Of a stretch of DNA of 64,000 bases, positions 13,540 to 27,409 are shown piece by piece. The notes beneath the pieces were generated by a model. The model was not told the origin of the DNA and searched no databases. It saw nothing but the letters and a program-made list of their open reading frames with translations. Position 1 is the first letter of the stretch. Each line of letters opens with the position of its first letter. Source of the stretch: Trypethelium eluteriae (lineage: Eukaryota); the NCBI GenBank assembly GCA_051942245.1, contig JAVECL010000045.1:1-64000 (forward strand). Direction: 5' to 3'. A program made the translations under genes and the position numbers.

Positions 13540-14640
13540 TTACTCCTCCGTACACTCTTGCAGCAACCTCTTCTGGCACTCCATAGCCTTACGTGCGAAA
13601 GGCACCATGTCATATTCTTTACCCTTCCCATCTGGTCCCCCGTCGAAGATCTCATATGAAAACCAGCCTCTGAACCCCGTCTTTAGCACCGCCTTCGTGA
13701 AATCAACAACCGGCAGGTAGCCCTCAAATGGAAGTGGTCGAAAATCATGGCTCCAACGTCCTCTTGGCCGCGTTCCGCTCTGATCAGGCTCCTTGTCAAA
13801 CGGTTGCTTTGGTTTATAAGCGTCGGAGATTTGTAGAAAGTAGATCTTATCTTTTGGCACCGTCATACAAAGCTTCTCGAGGCTTTGCTTCCATTCCCTC
13901 TCGACCTGCTCTCGTGGCTTGGTCTCTAGCATGCCAGATGGAGTGGTGGGATCTGCCCATTCGCCGCCTGCGCTCTGAAAGGTATCTAGGCAGAGACCGA
14001 TGTTGGGTCGATTGACTTTTTGGACAATGTCCCAAACATCATGCCAGTCCGGTGCGTGGGTTGACCAGCACCAGTTCTCGTAGGCAATTCGGAACTTGTG
14101 CGGTGCCAGCATGTCGGCTAACTCGCGAAGATCGTTGATGAAGCGAGTTCGGTCGTTGCCAATCTTCTCTGTTGGAGTGTCTGATGAGCCGACCTAGCGG
14201 TCCTTGTTAAAAAGGACGAGCAATAAGAGTAATGATCGATCAAAATTTACCTGCAACATGTCCGTGCCGCATGCCTTCATAATCTCAACCCAGCCTCTTG
14301 CTCTGGTAAATGCATCGATTCGCTCTTCAGAACCCTCTTTCCAGCCCTCAAAATTGGCAAATGGCTGCAAGATTAGTATCTTAAGTCCTTTGGCGTCGCA
14401 CATAGTTTTGACGACCTTTGCAGCAGAGCCAAGATCATCAAAATCATAAGGTCCAACATCATGTCTGAGATGGAGACTTGCAAATGATAGAAGGTCAGGC
14501 ATGGAGAGTTCGATCGCTTGGAAGCCAGCGCTAGCGATTGCGTCGAGCTTCTTGGGCAGTGTATCCTCCGGCTTGCAGCCGATGGAGCAAGAGGCATAGC
14601 AAATGGGAATCTCTTCCAAAGAAGACAATGAAAGTGACAT
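13540..14640 (-). CDS. Xylose-isomerase-like/AP-endonuclease-2 TIM-barrel enzyme, 3-dehydroshikimate dehydratase (QutC/Qa-4)-like; exons 14640-14251, 14193-13540
   Basis: LQPFANFEGW, MLQ|VGSSD across intron 14250-14194, IAYENWCW, NIGLCLDTFQ, YFLQISDA, WSHDFRPLP, GWFSYEIFD metal-binding pattern. Fold is secure; substrate is inferred. Confidence 0.8.
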
Positions 14641-15331
14641 GTTCGGTAGCTTTAGAGACGATACAGGAGATCAAGAGAGGCGTGAGGTACCTACGGAAAA
14701 ATCTATTAAAGCTATCTTACATTGGTTATGTCTTGATGAGGAGCTCTGTGATGCACAATGTGCAAAAGGTGACGTAGTCCTCGGTATTATCTACCTCAGA
14801 GCACGCGGCGGATGATCACCAGCTCAGAGACGTATCGCCATCGATATTTGACGTTCTGGCTTCAGGCTATTTTATATCAGATTGAACGATCGAAAATCCT
14901 GCAAGCCATTTCAGATATCTGTATCGCATGGCGGAATTTGGTTGCAATGCGGAATTAAAGTGATGGCTGATTTATTCAAGGAGGTACGGAGCACACACCT
15001 ACAGCTGAACCGACAATGTGGGACCATCAGGGACGCCGAAGATAAGCGAGTTGCCAGCTGGAATTGACCAATGGCAGTAAAGTTCATAAGCAGATCATCG
15101 GAATGATAAATTCCAATTCGTTGCTTGCACATGGCGTGTCAGGCACGCACGTGCGATTGATCCCTGCGAAACTAAGTGTTATTTTCATTCTGCCAAAATT
15201 TTCCTTCACCGCCGAGTAGACTCACACGTTGATTCCGCCACCGTTAATATAAGTCCTGCTAATCCCTCTCGTCTGTAACCTCTGAGCAAGTCATTCTAAT
15301 CGTATAGTCTATTTCTTGCGTGAATTGAATC

Positions 15332-16611
<1,280 letters not shown>

Positions 16612-19600
16612 GGCAAGGTAGATCCAAATCTTTACTGGACGGGAGGTGAAGTGGATTATCGGCGCCAAGTGACGGCGTTTTGTTATACAAAATTCAAGGG
16701 AGGCGTGCTGATTACACTCCGCATACTGGCATGCGACGGCTAGAAGTTGGGCTAGCTAGTCTTATACATTTGACAACAGTTAAGGTTGACACAATGGCTA
16801 ACCGTCTCACTAACTCGGACTGTAATACCCTGCGGACATCTGCAAGAGGCGTCGACCTCCTTTCCACTGGGAGCTAGGCGGGCAAATTCTTCCAAGTAAT
16901 GGAAATACGATAAAAAGGCTATTTCCTGACAGCTTCCTTGGTCGATCTACTCCCTATCTTATCACAGTCAAAAGTTCGAACCTGTCTACCGTATTGAGGC
17001 TGCAAGCCCCGGCACTGAATCGAAAAGTGTTCTGATGGTGTCTGTACAACCCGTTCCTCTACTTTATGAGACACTCCATTTCCTCACTATCTACATGGCA
17101 AGCAATCGATTATTTGGCCAAAACATTTACGCTGATAGAGGCCTCTGGCAGTCATCCAACCTGATCAATATAGACATTCAGTGTCCCTACTAATGGATCT
17201 ATTGGTTTACCTCCTAGGGCTATGTTGAGGAGTCTTCCAAGCTCACGCCTAGAGTATAGACTACGGGTAGCACAGTGGGTTCTCTCTAACCCTCCTGATC
17301 CGTCAATTAGGTGGGCCAGGGCGTGATGCGGGTGAGTCACGGAATATGAGCTTCACCACGGTCTGAATCGCGGTCGGACCATGCCTAGATCGTGGCGTTC
17401 CAATGCCGCATGTCTCCTTTAATCGGGATCAATTGAAGTTGGCCGGAGTGCATTGGCCTTTCAGTGGGACCTTACTTGACGAGGCAGTGAGCGGGGAACT
17501 CGAACTGCATCACTACCCATCGATGGGTCCGCAGAGCATCGCAAGCCGCTAATCCTTATCACAAGGCTAGTCAATCAAACATCTGACGGCACGAGCTACG
17601 GCTGCGTCAAAGCGCGCGGAAGCCATCCGGCAGGGCTCTGCATGTCAGCCTGCCTTTTCCATGCCCGATACCACTATACGATCATGAACGCAACCAAGCG
17701 AAATTGACGGGACTTCTTCGATTCAAGTCGTCTGAGGAACGACCATGAAGCTCAGCACTTATCGGAAGGCCACGGCTCCCTTAGACTGGAGTTTTGTCCA
17801 ATAGCTCCGGTGACGTGTCTAAGGCAGATTCGACCTCATTCAGAAGCAGCGGTCAGTGAACATCCATGCAGCACACCAGAGGCAGAATTTCGAATTAGCC
17901 ATGCCAATAGTGCTGGCAGGCCATTTCAATGCAACGTTTGCCGGCTGATCGTCCACATGCGTTGCCTCATCTCTCGCGGATTGGGGGCCACTTCGCCACA
18001 ATTACAGAACTAATTGATCCTGCGCGCTTATAAGACAACAGGCCCGCGGATGATCTACTTCAGTGGACGGGTGCGCAAGACCACGTGGAGTGGGATGCGC
18101 TAGAGAGAAGGAGCCGTGTATCTTCCTTGCTCTCCCCTGGCCAGCCCTGCCTGGAAAGCAATTCATGAGCTAGGATCACGCTACATCATTATCTGGAATG
18201 CCTCAGCCGTTAAACCTGGCTGCATGCAGAGCACGTCTCCGGAAATTTTTTTCAAGAGCTGCCCACATCTAGGGGAACCATGTAGTCCCATGATTATTTC
18301 ATCCCCAAACTTGACCTTGGTTCTTCCTCCTTTGACGTGAATAGTGACGGTTGAAGGCCCGCGCCGCAACTGTCAGCCCACCATACAGAAGGCGGGATTA
18401 GCGCCACGTTTGTTGAGAATGGAAGTGCGTCGGCGAGACGAGGCGCGTGACTGTTGATCTCTCCCAACACATCGTACTCGAATCTTGATGTTTCGTCCTC
18501 TGGTGTCAGAGCAGACGGCGACCAGATCGAGGCCGAGTCGCATTGAGCCGAAATCATTCCAAGACTTAAGTCTCCAGCGGCTTTCCGGGCCGGCGGCCAG
18601 GCAAACACCCATTCCCCATGAAGTGTCAAACACCGACCGTCCACACCGCTCGACTCTGGAGCAGATGCTGTCCTTCCTAACATGTTAACCAGCATGCTGG
18701 CTTCAGTCCGCCAATTGCAGGACATCCCTGCAATCTACGTATCGCGTCATTGCCATTCTTGGTGCGAGGCCTCTTGCGTCGCCCTCAAACTTCAAAGATC
18801 GGACCAATGATTGGCGTGTTCTTCTCCAACGTCTATGATTAGCAATTCTTCCGAACCCACGAAATGGCCGATCCCAAAGCCTTCTCGGCCTTATACGGTC
18901 TGCATGGCAAGCAGAACCTTGTACCGCTGCACCAGGCTCGCACATGGCAAGTCGAATACATGGCAGCACGACCGTGCCAGCGTCCTGTCGGAAGCGAATC
19001 TTGCATTCAATTTTCAAAACATAATCTAGGGCCAACGAAAGGAAGAAGTCTATGGGATGACCCGCATATCTCTGAGTCTTCTATGCCCTTGTGGCTATTT
19101 AGTCTAGAATTAACGCATGTTAAGATTAGCTAACGAGCCAGTACCTCCAATGAAAGTTTCACACGCCAGACTGGAGAAGTCTGGCAGTATCTACGGTAAG
19201 ACTTGAAACTTACAACAGTGCACTTCGCACTTGTTGATGGTCGAAGACGGCAAGCATCTGCACATTAGCGTCTGTGTCACCCAACCTGTTCGCCCCAACA
19301 ATAGAGAACTGGGCGATTTCGCTGCTAGGCTGCCACGCGCTACACTGAGGTTCACTAGTGCACGAGCTTGTCCCAATACTGGGCAGTCTCAAGCGTCGTC
19401 TTTCGATGAGCGAGATATCAATTTGAAGCTGCGCAGCATAGTTCCTTTTGAAGTAGCCCTTGCAAAGGCCACAAGGCCTTCCGAATAAAAGATCGTCGTC
19501 CCTGGTCTGAGGGAAGACAGAGGCGACGTGCAATTTGCATAGCAGCTGGTCCTGCGTAAGTCAATATGTCAAGTCCCCTGAATTGGCGAATCATGCGTTC

Positions 19601-20293
19601 AAGTGGATCGTTCGGAAATATGCGAACCGTTAGGCAGACGCCTCCCTACCGTCTATCCTCAGTCCCTCGTGCGCTAGCCATGTGGGCGGATGGCCGCAAG
19701 CATAGACTCTTCAGATGAACCTGCGCGAAGGGCATGGCCGCGTGGAATAGGCTCGCCGTCACCGTCGTTTGCTTATCCATAATTGATCATACCCTTTTTC
19801 CTCCCCCACACCCCTCATATACTAATACCACTCGACACCCACTTGCACCTTGCTTCAAATCATCGTCTTATCCATTTAGCACGTTTTTCTTGACTCTCCT
19901 TCAACTCCCTTCAAACATAACTTCTCTGAGTGCTTTTCGGCGTCCTTCCCTGTTAGGTTACATTCTTACATTCGTAAGGTACCATTCGTAGCAGAACCAC
20001 CACGAGTACTCTCTTGTCATCCTCTTCGCTGTCTTTCCTCTTGAGAGTATTCTCCACATGCTTTGGGGATACTGATATTGTTCGCTTGACGTTTCCGGAA
20101 ATCTTTCACACACAGACTGATTTTCAACGTCACACTCTTGCTCCTGAGATAAGCGGCGTCATTATATCAACACTTTTCTTCAAGGACCTGTCAGTCGCTT
20201 CATGCCAACCAGAATCTCGACCAATCTCTTGGACTCGTACTCTCCGACCCCTGATTTGTGGCTTTGAAAAAAGCGCTTTGTCGTAAGGCTCAG

Positions 20294-21098
20294 ATGGCTT
20301 CCTCAGGGCGTGACTATTGTCGGCATGGCAGACATCGAGCCCGATCATGCGCCAGATGTCAGTTCGAGCATTCTTTGACAGAAATCCGCACAACAGGAAG
20401 CAGTAGTTCGCAGGCAGCGGTTGCCTACATCACCCACATGCAGGAGAGTTTTGGCAGCGAGCAGGCATGGCAAGGTATGCTTCGTTTTTGTACTTTATGC
20501 ACATCGACATCAAAACTGATTAGCATCAGCATCAATCCTCACTGATATGAGATCACGGGGAGAGAACCCTTACACGGGTAGACCAGCCGAAGGACCAACC
20601 CCTTCACGGACATCGAACACCTTGACGCAAAGGCAGGACCTTCAAAGATCTCAGTGTGTCCGACAGACAAGGGCTTCCGGTGGCTGGTCCTTCCATGATA
20701 GTGTCAGACCACAGGAGGACCAAGATCAAGAGGAAGTAAATGAATCAGAATCAGATGAAGCTACCACACCTTCGGTCGTCAATTATGGAGGCGTCGTGTC
20801 GCGTGGAACTTCTCGGCGCAGTGCTGGTGTTGGTTCATCATCCAGTCGGCTCGTACTTGGTCCGTCTAGGAGACCTCATCCAATGACGTCCAATACTGTG
20901 TTGTTTCGATGGGAAACAGAGCCTACTTTGAATCCAGACCGCCAAAGACTAGATGAACGCTGGTCGCATCCGCAGCCTCCCTATCCGTGGAGCGTCCACA
21001 ACCGACATGAGTCGAGGGAAAACACTCTGGGACATGAATTCCTGGATACAGAATTTCTGAGAGTCGTTGAAGGCGAGACATATCGTGGAAGGCAATAA
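20294..21098 (+). CDS. Orphan two-exon protein A; exons 20294-20474, 20524-21098
   Basis: 49-nt intron GTATGC...CTGAT.TAG (20475-20523) joins MASSGRDYCRHGRH... in frame to the 20547 ORF; shares C-terminal motifs with the 24870 gene. Confidence 0.6.
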
Positions 21099-24000
21099 AC
21101 GGTCATTTCTCTGGATGTTAATCAGCAATCGACAGCGGGTCAGTTGAGAGAGTACCTTATATATCATGTTCTCGCAAGCCGTGCTGACTTCACCATACAG
21201 ATTATCGCATATTAAGACACGGGGGCTTGCAGTAGGCAATATCATACTCGGGCGGCAACAGCACATCCTTCCTGCATGCCCTTGTAGGATGTGTCGACCC
21301 TCCTGCGTAAGGCGCGTGGTTTATTATGTGGGCCCCGCACCGTTCTGCCCTCCTGATTCGACGTTATCGTTACGTATCTCGAGGTACCTCTTCTCAAGTT
21401 ACGCTATCTCAACTTTGAACGCTTCTATTCGCTCAACCCTCCATTTTCAGCCGCTAGTGCTTCCCCCTTCCCTACGCCGTCTGCATCAGTTTCTGGCAAA
21501 AATGTCGTCGTGGTGGTCCTACATCGGACGAGTCTTGCGCCACGGGAAGATCGCCGGTCGTCAAGTGCTCTCATTTGCAGCGCAGAGCCTCACGTCCCGC
21601 GATTCCCTTTCACCATTCGCTGAATACCATGGCGCGTTGCTTGTCAATCGTACATGACGGCAGTCGTGCGTCCGAGGGAAGCATGGCAATTGTCGCGCAA
21701 GATGTCACTAAGTATTTTTCTTTTTCACAGCTTTTCCTGAATGTCTTATTTTTGCGTCGCAGAAGTGTAAAGCTCAAAGATTTCCACCAATTATATGTTG
21801 GATAGGCTTATTTTACTTAAAACTACTAGTCAGGGATCTCCATACAAAAGTTGAGCACGCATTTCCCCCTCCTTTGAGAAAATACGTGCCGTTCTTTACG
21901 ATTGGGGCGGAAATGAAGTTCAGCGGTGCGTAGGCTATGTGTCTAAAAAGTTCCGACGTTTTAAAGCACATGTTTCGAAGATCAGCCGAGAACAAAGAAA
22001 CTTGGAGGTTCTGTTCGAAGACTTGAAAAGGCCGACGTCTGTGATGGAACTCTTCAGCTCCTCGATATCATTTCCATAGTTAACCGGATGTTCGTGCCTC
22101 TCTGGAACTCAACATTAATAGATGCGGAGTCTGCGCTATGTAATGTACATGTTTGTCCTCTTGGAAGCACAAGTTGTATTATTTAATGATGCACTAAATT
22201 TGTGCATCGAGCACTGTGGCGCGTTGCCGAATCGGTCCTGGTGTGTCGCAAAATCCTGACACCAAAGCGACCGTACTGTAAGACAAGCATAGACTGAAAC
22301 GAGGACTCAAAAATCAACCTCTACCACCTTAGCCTTTGATGCTAGCACACAGAAGGGGCCGCAATTTGCGACTCAGTGCTATGGCTTCACGCTGGCCGAG
22401 GCTCAAGACTTACTCACTTTGCTTCTGTTGCATGCCGAAGTACCTGCAGCCGCATGCTAAAATGCACCAACGGTTGGTCCGGTACGTACTGCTCTCCTTT
22501 TACCATCAGCTTTCCCTATCGTGAAGAATCACTCGGGGATTTGACCATGCTGGCTTGATCTACGAAAAACGAAATGACCTTCGGAGATGTATCTTTCGTG
22601 CGTCGCAATCCTCCAGTGCCAATCGCTCTTGCGCCAATGATATCGATAGGTATCAAATTAGATGCAGGCTGACAATGAGCGAATTACATGGAGGCACATG
22701 TCATCCCGTGGATTCTCAGAGCCTTGGGATATCCATGAGCATGCATGTTGCCCCAGAGCGACCGCTGCCTTCAAATGGAAATGTTCCGCCGAGTGAAGGA
22801 AGCCGTGGAGGCATGAGAGCTTTTACCTGCGATACGATCGTTGAATCGGCCAACGGTAATCTAATGATGGTGCAGAATGTGCGTCTCATTTCTATGTATG
22901 AGTCTCGCTCATGGGCAATCATGACCTGCGGTCTTGCGTACTGAGGTGAGAAAGGGAATGTGGAAACCCTGTCACTCTCGATGCTTATTGCAGTCCTTCT
23001 ATCTGCCGGGCTTCGGTCTGAAGGAAAGGGTTGCAGATCTAAGCCACGAAAATGGCCACAGCGGTCAGGGTTTTCTTCTGTACACCGACGACGGGCCACT
23101 GAAGACCTTCTCGACAAGCCAGCCTAGCCACCAACGGTGTGGCGAATATCACCATGTAATCTAAGCTCCAGGTTCTCGAATCGCGCTAAGCACTTGAGCG
23201 ATTGCCTGATCATGCTTCCATCTCCGAATTGACGCGCCGTGGATATCATGCTAACCTCCTGCATGAGCGATCAATCAACCTTGAAACACATGTTCTATAT
23301 TCCGACTGGCTGCTCTTCAAGTTCGCCCCAGCAGCCTCTAAGTCGTTGCATGACGTCCATCTCTTCTGAGCAGAACCTCCGAGCAGACGATCGCCTCAGT
23401 AAACGAGGGTAATGTGGTGGGACTTATGAACCCTACCAATCGGATAGATAGGCGTGTCTGTGCTGCGGTCACAGGAGCCTCGCGAGTGGCTTGCGGTGTC
23501 CTTCCTGGCTTTGGACGAGGACTTTAGTCTCCAATTCCAGTCCAAGCGGTCAGCTTGCCGTGCGCATACTTTCTAATTCAGAACGTGATTGAGACACAAG
23601 ACACGAAACATATCAGTACAAAGTCCTCTACCATATCCTACCTGAAAGTAGCCTTTCAGCTGTGTGTGAGGCGTAGAAGCCGACGAACGACTTTTCAGTG
23701 TTCCAGACTGTTGGTTATATCTTCCACAGCTCTACATAGAGGACAGTCAGACGCCACCCACTCAGCGCTCCCAAGATTGCGTTAAATAAGGCTAATTTGC
23801 GGCTGATTAGAGCGGCTTTGTTGCGCATTTGAGCTAAATCTATCAGGGATTTGCGTTCCCAATTTATGCAAAACCCAAGGCAGTGGTAGAGTTCTGACAG
23901 AGATACGACTGACTTCTGCCTTGAGGCCGCCCTACACCAGTCAGTGCAACCGCATGGACTCTAATGCGACGTGAAAATGCCGATTTTTTGTGAGGGTGTG

Positions 24001-24869
24001 CTCAGACGAATCCATGCAAAGTACCTACTGAACGCCTAAAGTGGCTATTTGATGTCCGAGCATTGTTAGAGATGAAGCAATAAGGCTTCGAAACAAACAG
24101 TAAATGCCACAAATTGCCAGAAGGGAGTGAACCGCCGATCAGCCCGTGAGGCTTGTTCGAGGTCACAGTTGGGTATGCTGCTCACGAGCTTACCGTAAGT
24201 TAGCTGAATCGCCACCCCAATCTCCACTGGACAGAGCGGTCAAGGGGCATCAGATCCCAAATGCTACCACATTCGGCGGATGCAAATGGCTAGTCTATGA
24301 TTCCATTCTTTTGTCGAAGGTTTAGTCCATTCTTTCCCGTCTAGACCCTGTCTAGTCACCACAGTCCAAACATTCAAATATAACTCTACACCGCACCTGC
24401 TTCGCGGCGTCTGTAGACGACCTGACATTCCCATTCTTCTCACTTCTTTGGAAGTCTGGTAAGCATCTACTAGCGAAGGAATACTGATTAGTTTTCATCC
24501 TACCCTTTTTTTTGTGCTGGCTCCTCCAGAGACCACCTTCTCGACTTCAACCTTGTGATTAGGATACCTTCATCTTCTCAACCTCCCTCGGAAACTTAAC
24601 TAGAAATCCAAGTGAGCCTTACAGCAAGAAATACTAGCTCAAAATCTAGCGGCTGGATGGTCTGTTGCACTAACTTTCTACTCAGCCCATACGTACGAGC
24701 CGAGGTATTGATCGTTCCAGTACATTATCATTAGCTGTCGAAACCCTCGTAGCAGTCATATATCCATTGGATTCACACCTACGGACATGGTCTATCGCCT
24801 GACTAGTATTCGGGCAATATCCTCAATCAATAGTTCTATTGGCGAGCGTCCTTGACAGGATAGCTTCCA

Positions 24870-25657
24870 ATGGATCCGCCGTCAGCAGGGAGTGAGGAGT
24901 CAAGCGCAGTAAACGGCGGTGATCGAACACATGTCGAGTGCCAGCAAAGTATAGGTATATATCCACCTAATGCCAGACCCTCGATGGTGTCACTGACTCA
25001 TCTTCAGGGGCTTCAACAGACTATGGCGAGCCAGGCGCTGTACGTGAACCCTTGACGACTGGGATGCTGGCTGATTCCAGTCGCCATGGCTTTGACGCCG
25101 ATCACGCTACGCCAAGGTCAACTGACGCTGAAAACGGGTCATCTAAGGATGTCAACCAAATCTCGTCGGATCCTGACATGCCCGATGGACATGGAGAGAA
25201 CTCTGACGAGCCCCACCAGATGATTCCGCCCACAGAGTCTGTAGACTTCAGGCAAAGGGCTCACGCACCTATCGACCAGAGTGTCAGCAATGCAGATTCC
25301 GCGCATCGGACAACCGAGAAGAATACAACAAACCAAGATTATCAGGGCAATGGACGCCCAGGCCTTCGCAATCAAGTCATATTTTCTTGGCAAAACGATA
25401 GCCCTGCAACCTTACCGCCTCCTGAACTCCCACGCACGATAGGGATGCAAAGAGACAACTGCTTGAATAGTCGGGGCAGCGATAGAAGTTCGAGGCGCTC
25501 GTGGCCTGTGCATCTTTCGATGGGCAGTAACAGTCCCAATACTCGTGACCGGGAGAGACTGCGAGTTGTCGAGCGAGTCGATCGGTGCATTCGGCAAAGT
25601 TCGCAAGAATCGGAGGGAGAAAGGCCAGCATACGATAGTGACGTGGATATCGAATAA
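24870..25657 (+). CDS. Orphan two-exon protein B; exons 24870-24954, 25008-25657
   Basis: 53-nt intron GTATAT...CTGAC...CAG (24955-25007) joins MDPPSAGS... in frame to the 25052 ORF; likely 5'-UTR intron GTGAGC...CTAAC...CAG at ~24612-24685. Confidence 0.6.
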
Positions 25658-27409
25658 GCTTAGAACCTTCAAAGAAAGCGAATGTCTCTCGATGCGCTCA
25701 GCACCAGTCTCTTGCGACGACTTGGATTTGTGCTTGAGGATTTCGAAAGAGAAAGCGCCGGTTTGCAACATCTAAATGGAGACTCTGAGCAAGAACCTTG
25801 CGCAACGGACTTTGGATCATTCAAATATCATCGAACTCTCTCTCCTTCCTTACTGTACTTGTACTTGCTTATTGCACTCACAAGACGCCTATCATGCGCC
25901 AAATCATCCTTGGCGCTGACGCGATCCTCCCCTGACCTATTATCTTAGTCGCTTTCGCTTCGGCCCGCACCTTTCCCACCACATTGCACTCCACTCCCGG
26001 GATCCCCGATGCACCTACATATCGCTGCAGGACCAGCTTGGATCGTTTTCGGAATTCGCACTTCGTCAGACGCGCAACGGGACATGATTCCCTGTATGCC
26101 CCCACACAGCATTCCGCCGATGAGGACGACATGCTGCAGGCATACCCCCGCTGATTATCATATGGGCTTATTTTCGGTCTACATTGGCCTCTAGAAGGCT
26201 TGTATTACAATGCTTGTCAGATATTGTCCCCGGTACATCGTGTGTGCCTTGCTTTGTGAATTTGGAGAGTGAGCATACTGTCGCTGATCTAAGATTATGT
26301 CTTGATTCTTTTTCTTACCTACTCAGTCAAGGTACTGTCAGCAATGCAGTTGCAGAGCCGAAACTGGCCTTGGCCTTCTTCTCTTTGTAGCACAAAAGTT
26401 CTTCACAAAAGTTTGGAAATGTCATTGTTTCGCTACTTGTGTATTTTGTTTGGAATGTCTAGAGTAGATGTCTGACTATTATCTCACGTAATTTCTTCCA
26501 GGATATCCTTCTCAATCTCTCAACGTCAAAGTGAAGCAGAGCGGAGGCGACCTTCAGCTTATTTTGAACGAAACATCATTGACGTATTACCTCTTGGAAC
26601 CTCGCTGTCACTCCTTATCGCTATTACGCGGCATCACTCTCAATCTACGTCTACTAGCGAGATCATAGGAGTGTTCGGATTTCTAAAGGATAACTCCAAG
26701 CCTGGAAAAGATCGCTAAGATAGGTAGTTTCTAAATTCTGTTTAGTCAAAATAGATCTAGATGTAGCATGAAAGCAAGACAAGAAGAGAAAAGCTTCGCC
26801 AGGCCTAAGACCCGACAAGCGGCAACAAGACTTCCACAGTAGGCGTCATACGGCCGAGACAGGGCTAAAGACATTACTAAAAGTTAGTAGGGATAAGCTT
26901 TGCTATCTATATTGAGAGCAGCAAGGGTGTTCATTCAACAGGGAAGTTCTTTCCTCTTCGGATCAGTGCTCGATGCGGTGGGGTTGGCTGGCAGACTCAA
27001 TCAATCCAGGCGCATCGAAAACCTGCCTCGAAGGCAACCAAGTACTCTCAATTTGTAATTGGGAAACGCACTTTGGAGAGGGTGGGATGTACCCAGGAGG
27101 TATTCACTCCAAGAAAGCGCCACGATCCATTGTGTGGCTTATCCACGGCAGGGGCTGGTCAAGATCGGCTCGGTAGTCGGACGACAGATCGCCGATCTCT
27201 CGGATCCCATGCAATACCCCGACGACCGTTTCCACGGTCCCCAGGGTCGTGACTTCTGTCACAAGCGCCACGTGCAATCCGCCCTGCACTGCCGCACAAC
27301 TTCACCTCTACGTCAACCAATCTGTCCAGACCTCAATCGTCGAATACGGCATCTCCAATCGTACGGCCCATCGAAGAGGTGATTCCAGATCAAAGGCTCC
27401 TTACTCAGG

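Noticed and set aside
16925..16990. GTTCGAACC T-loop-like motif suggesting a tRNA
   Set aside because: No cloverleaf or A-box can be built.
18485..19133. Short ORFs with a CTAAC...CAG acceptor
   Set aside because: No good donor and no coherent spliced protein.
19165..19187. GCCAGACT/AGTCTGGC hairpin
   Set aside because: An isolated 8-bp stem is expected by chance in 64 kb.
25682..25948. 88-aa ORF directly after orphan gene B
   Set aside because: Probably 3'-UTR; no splice link or recognisable motif.
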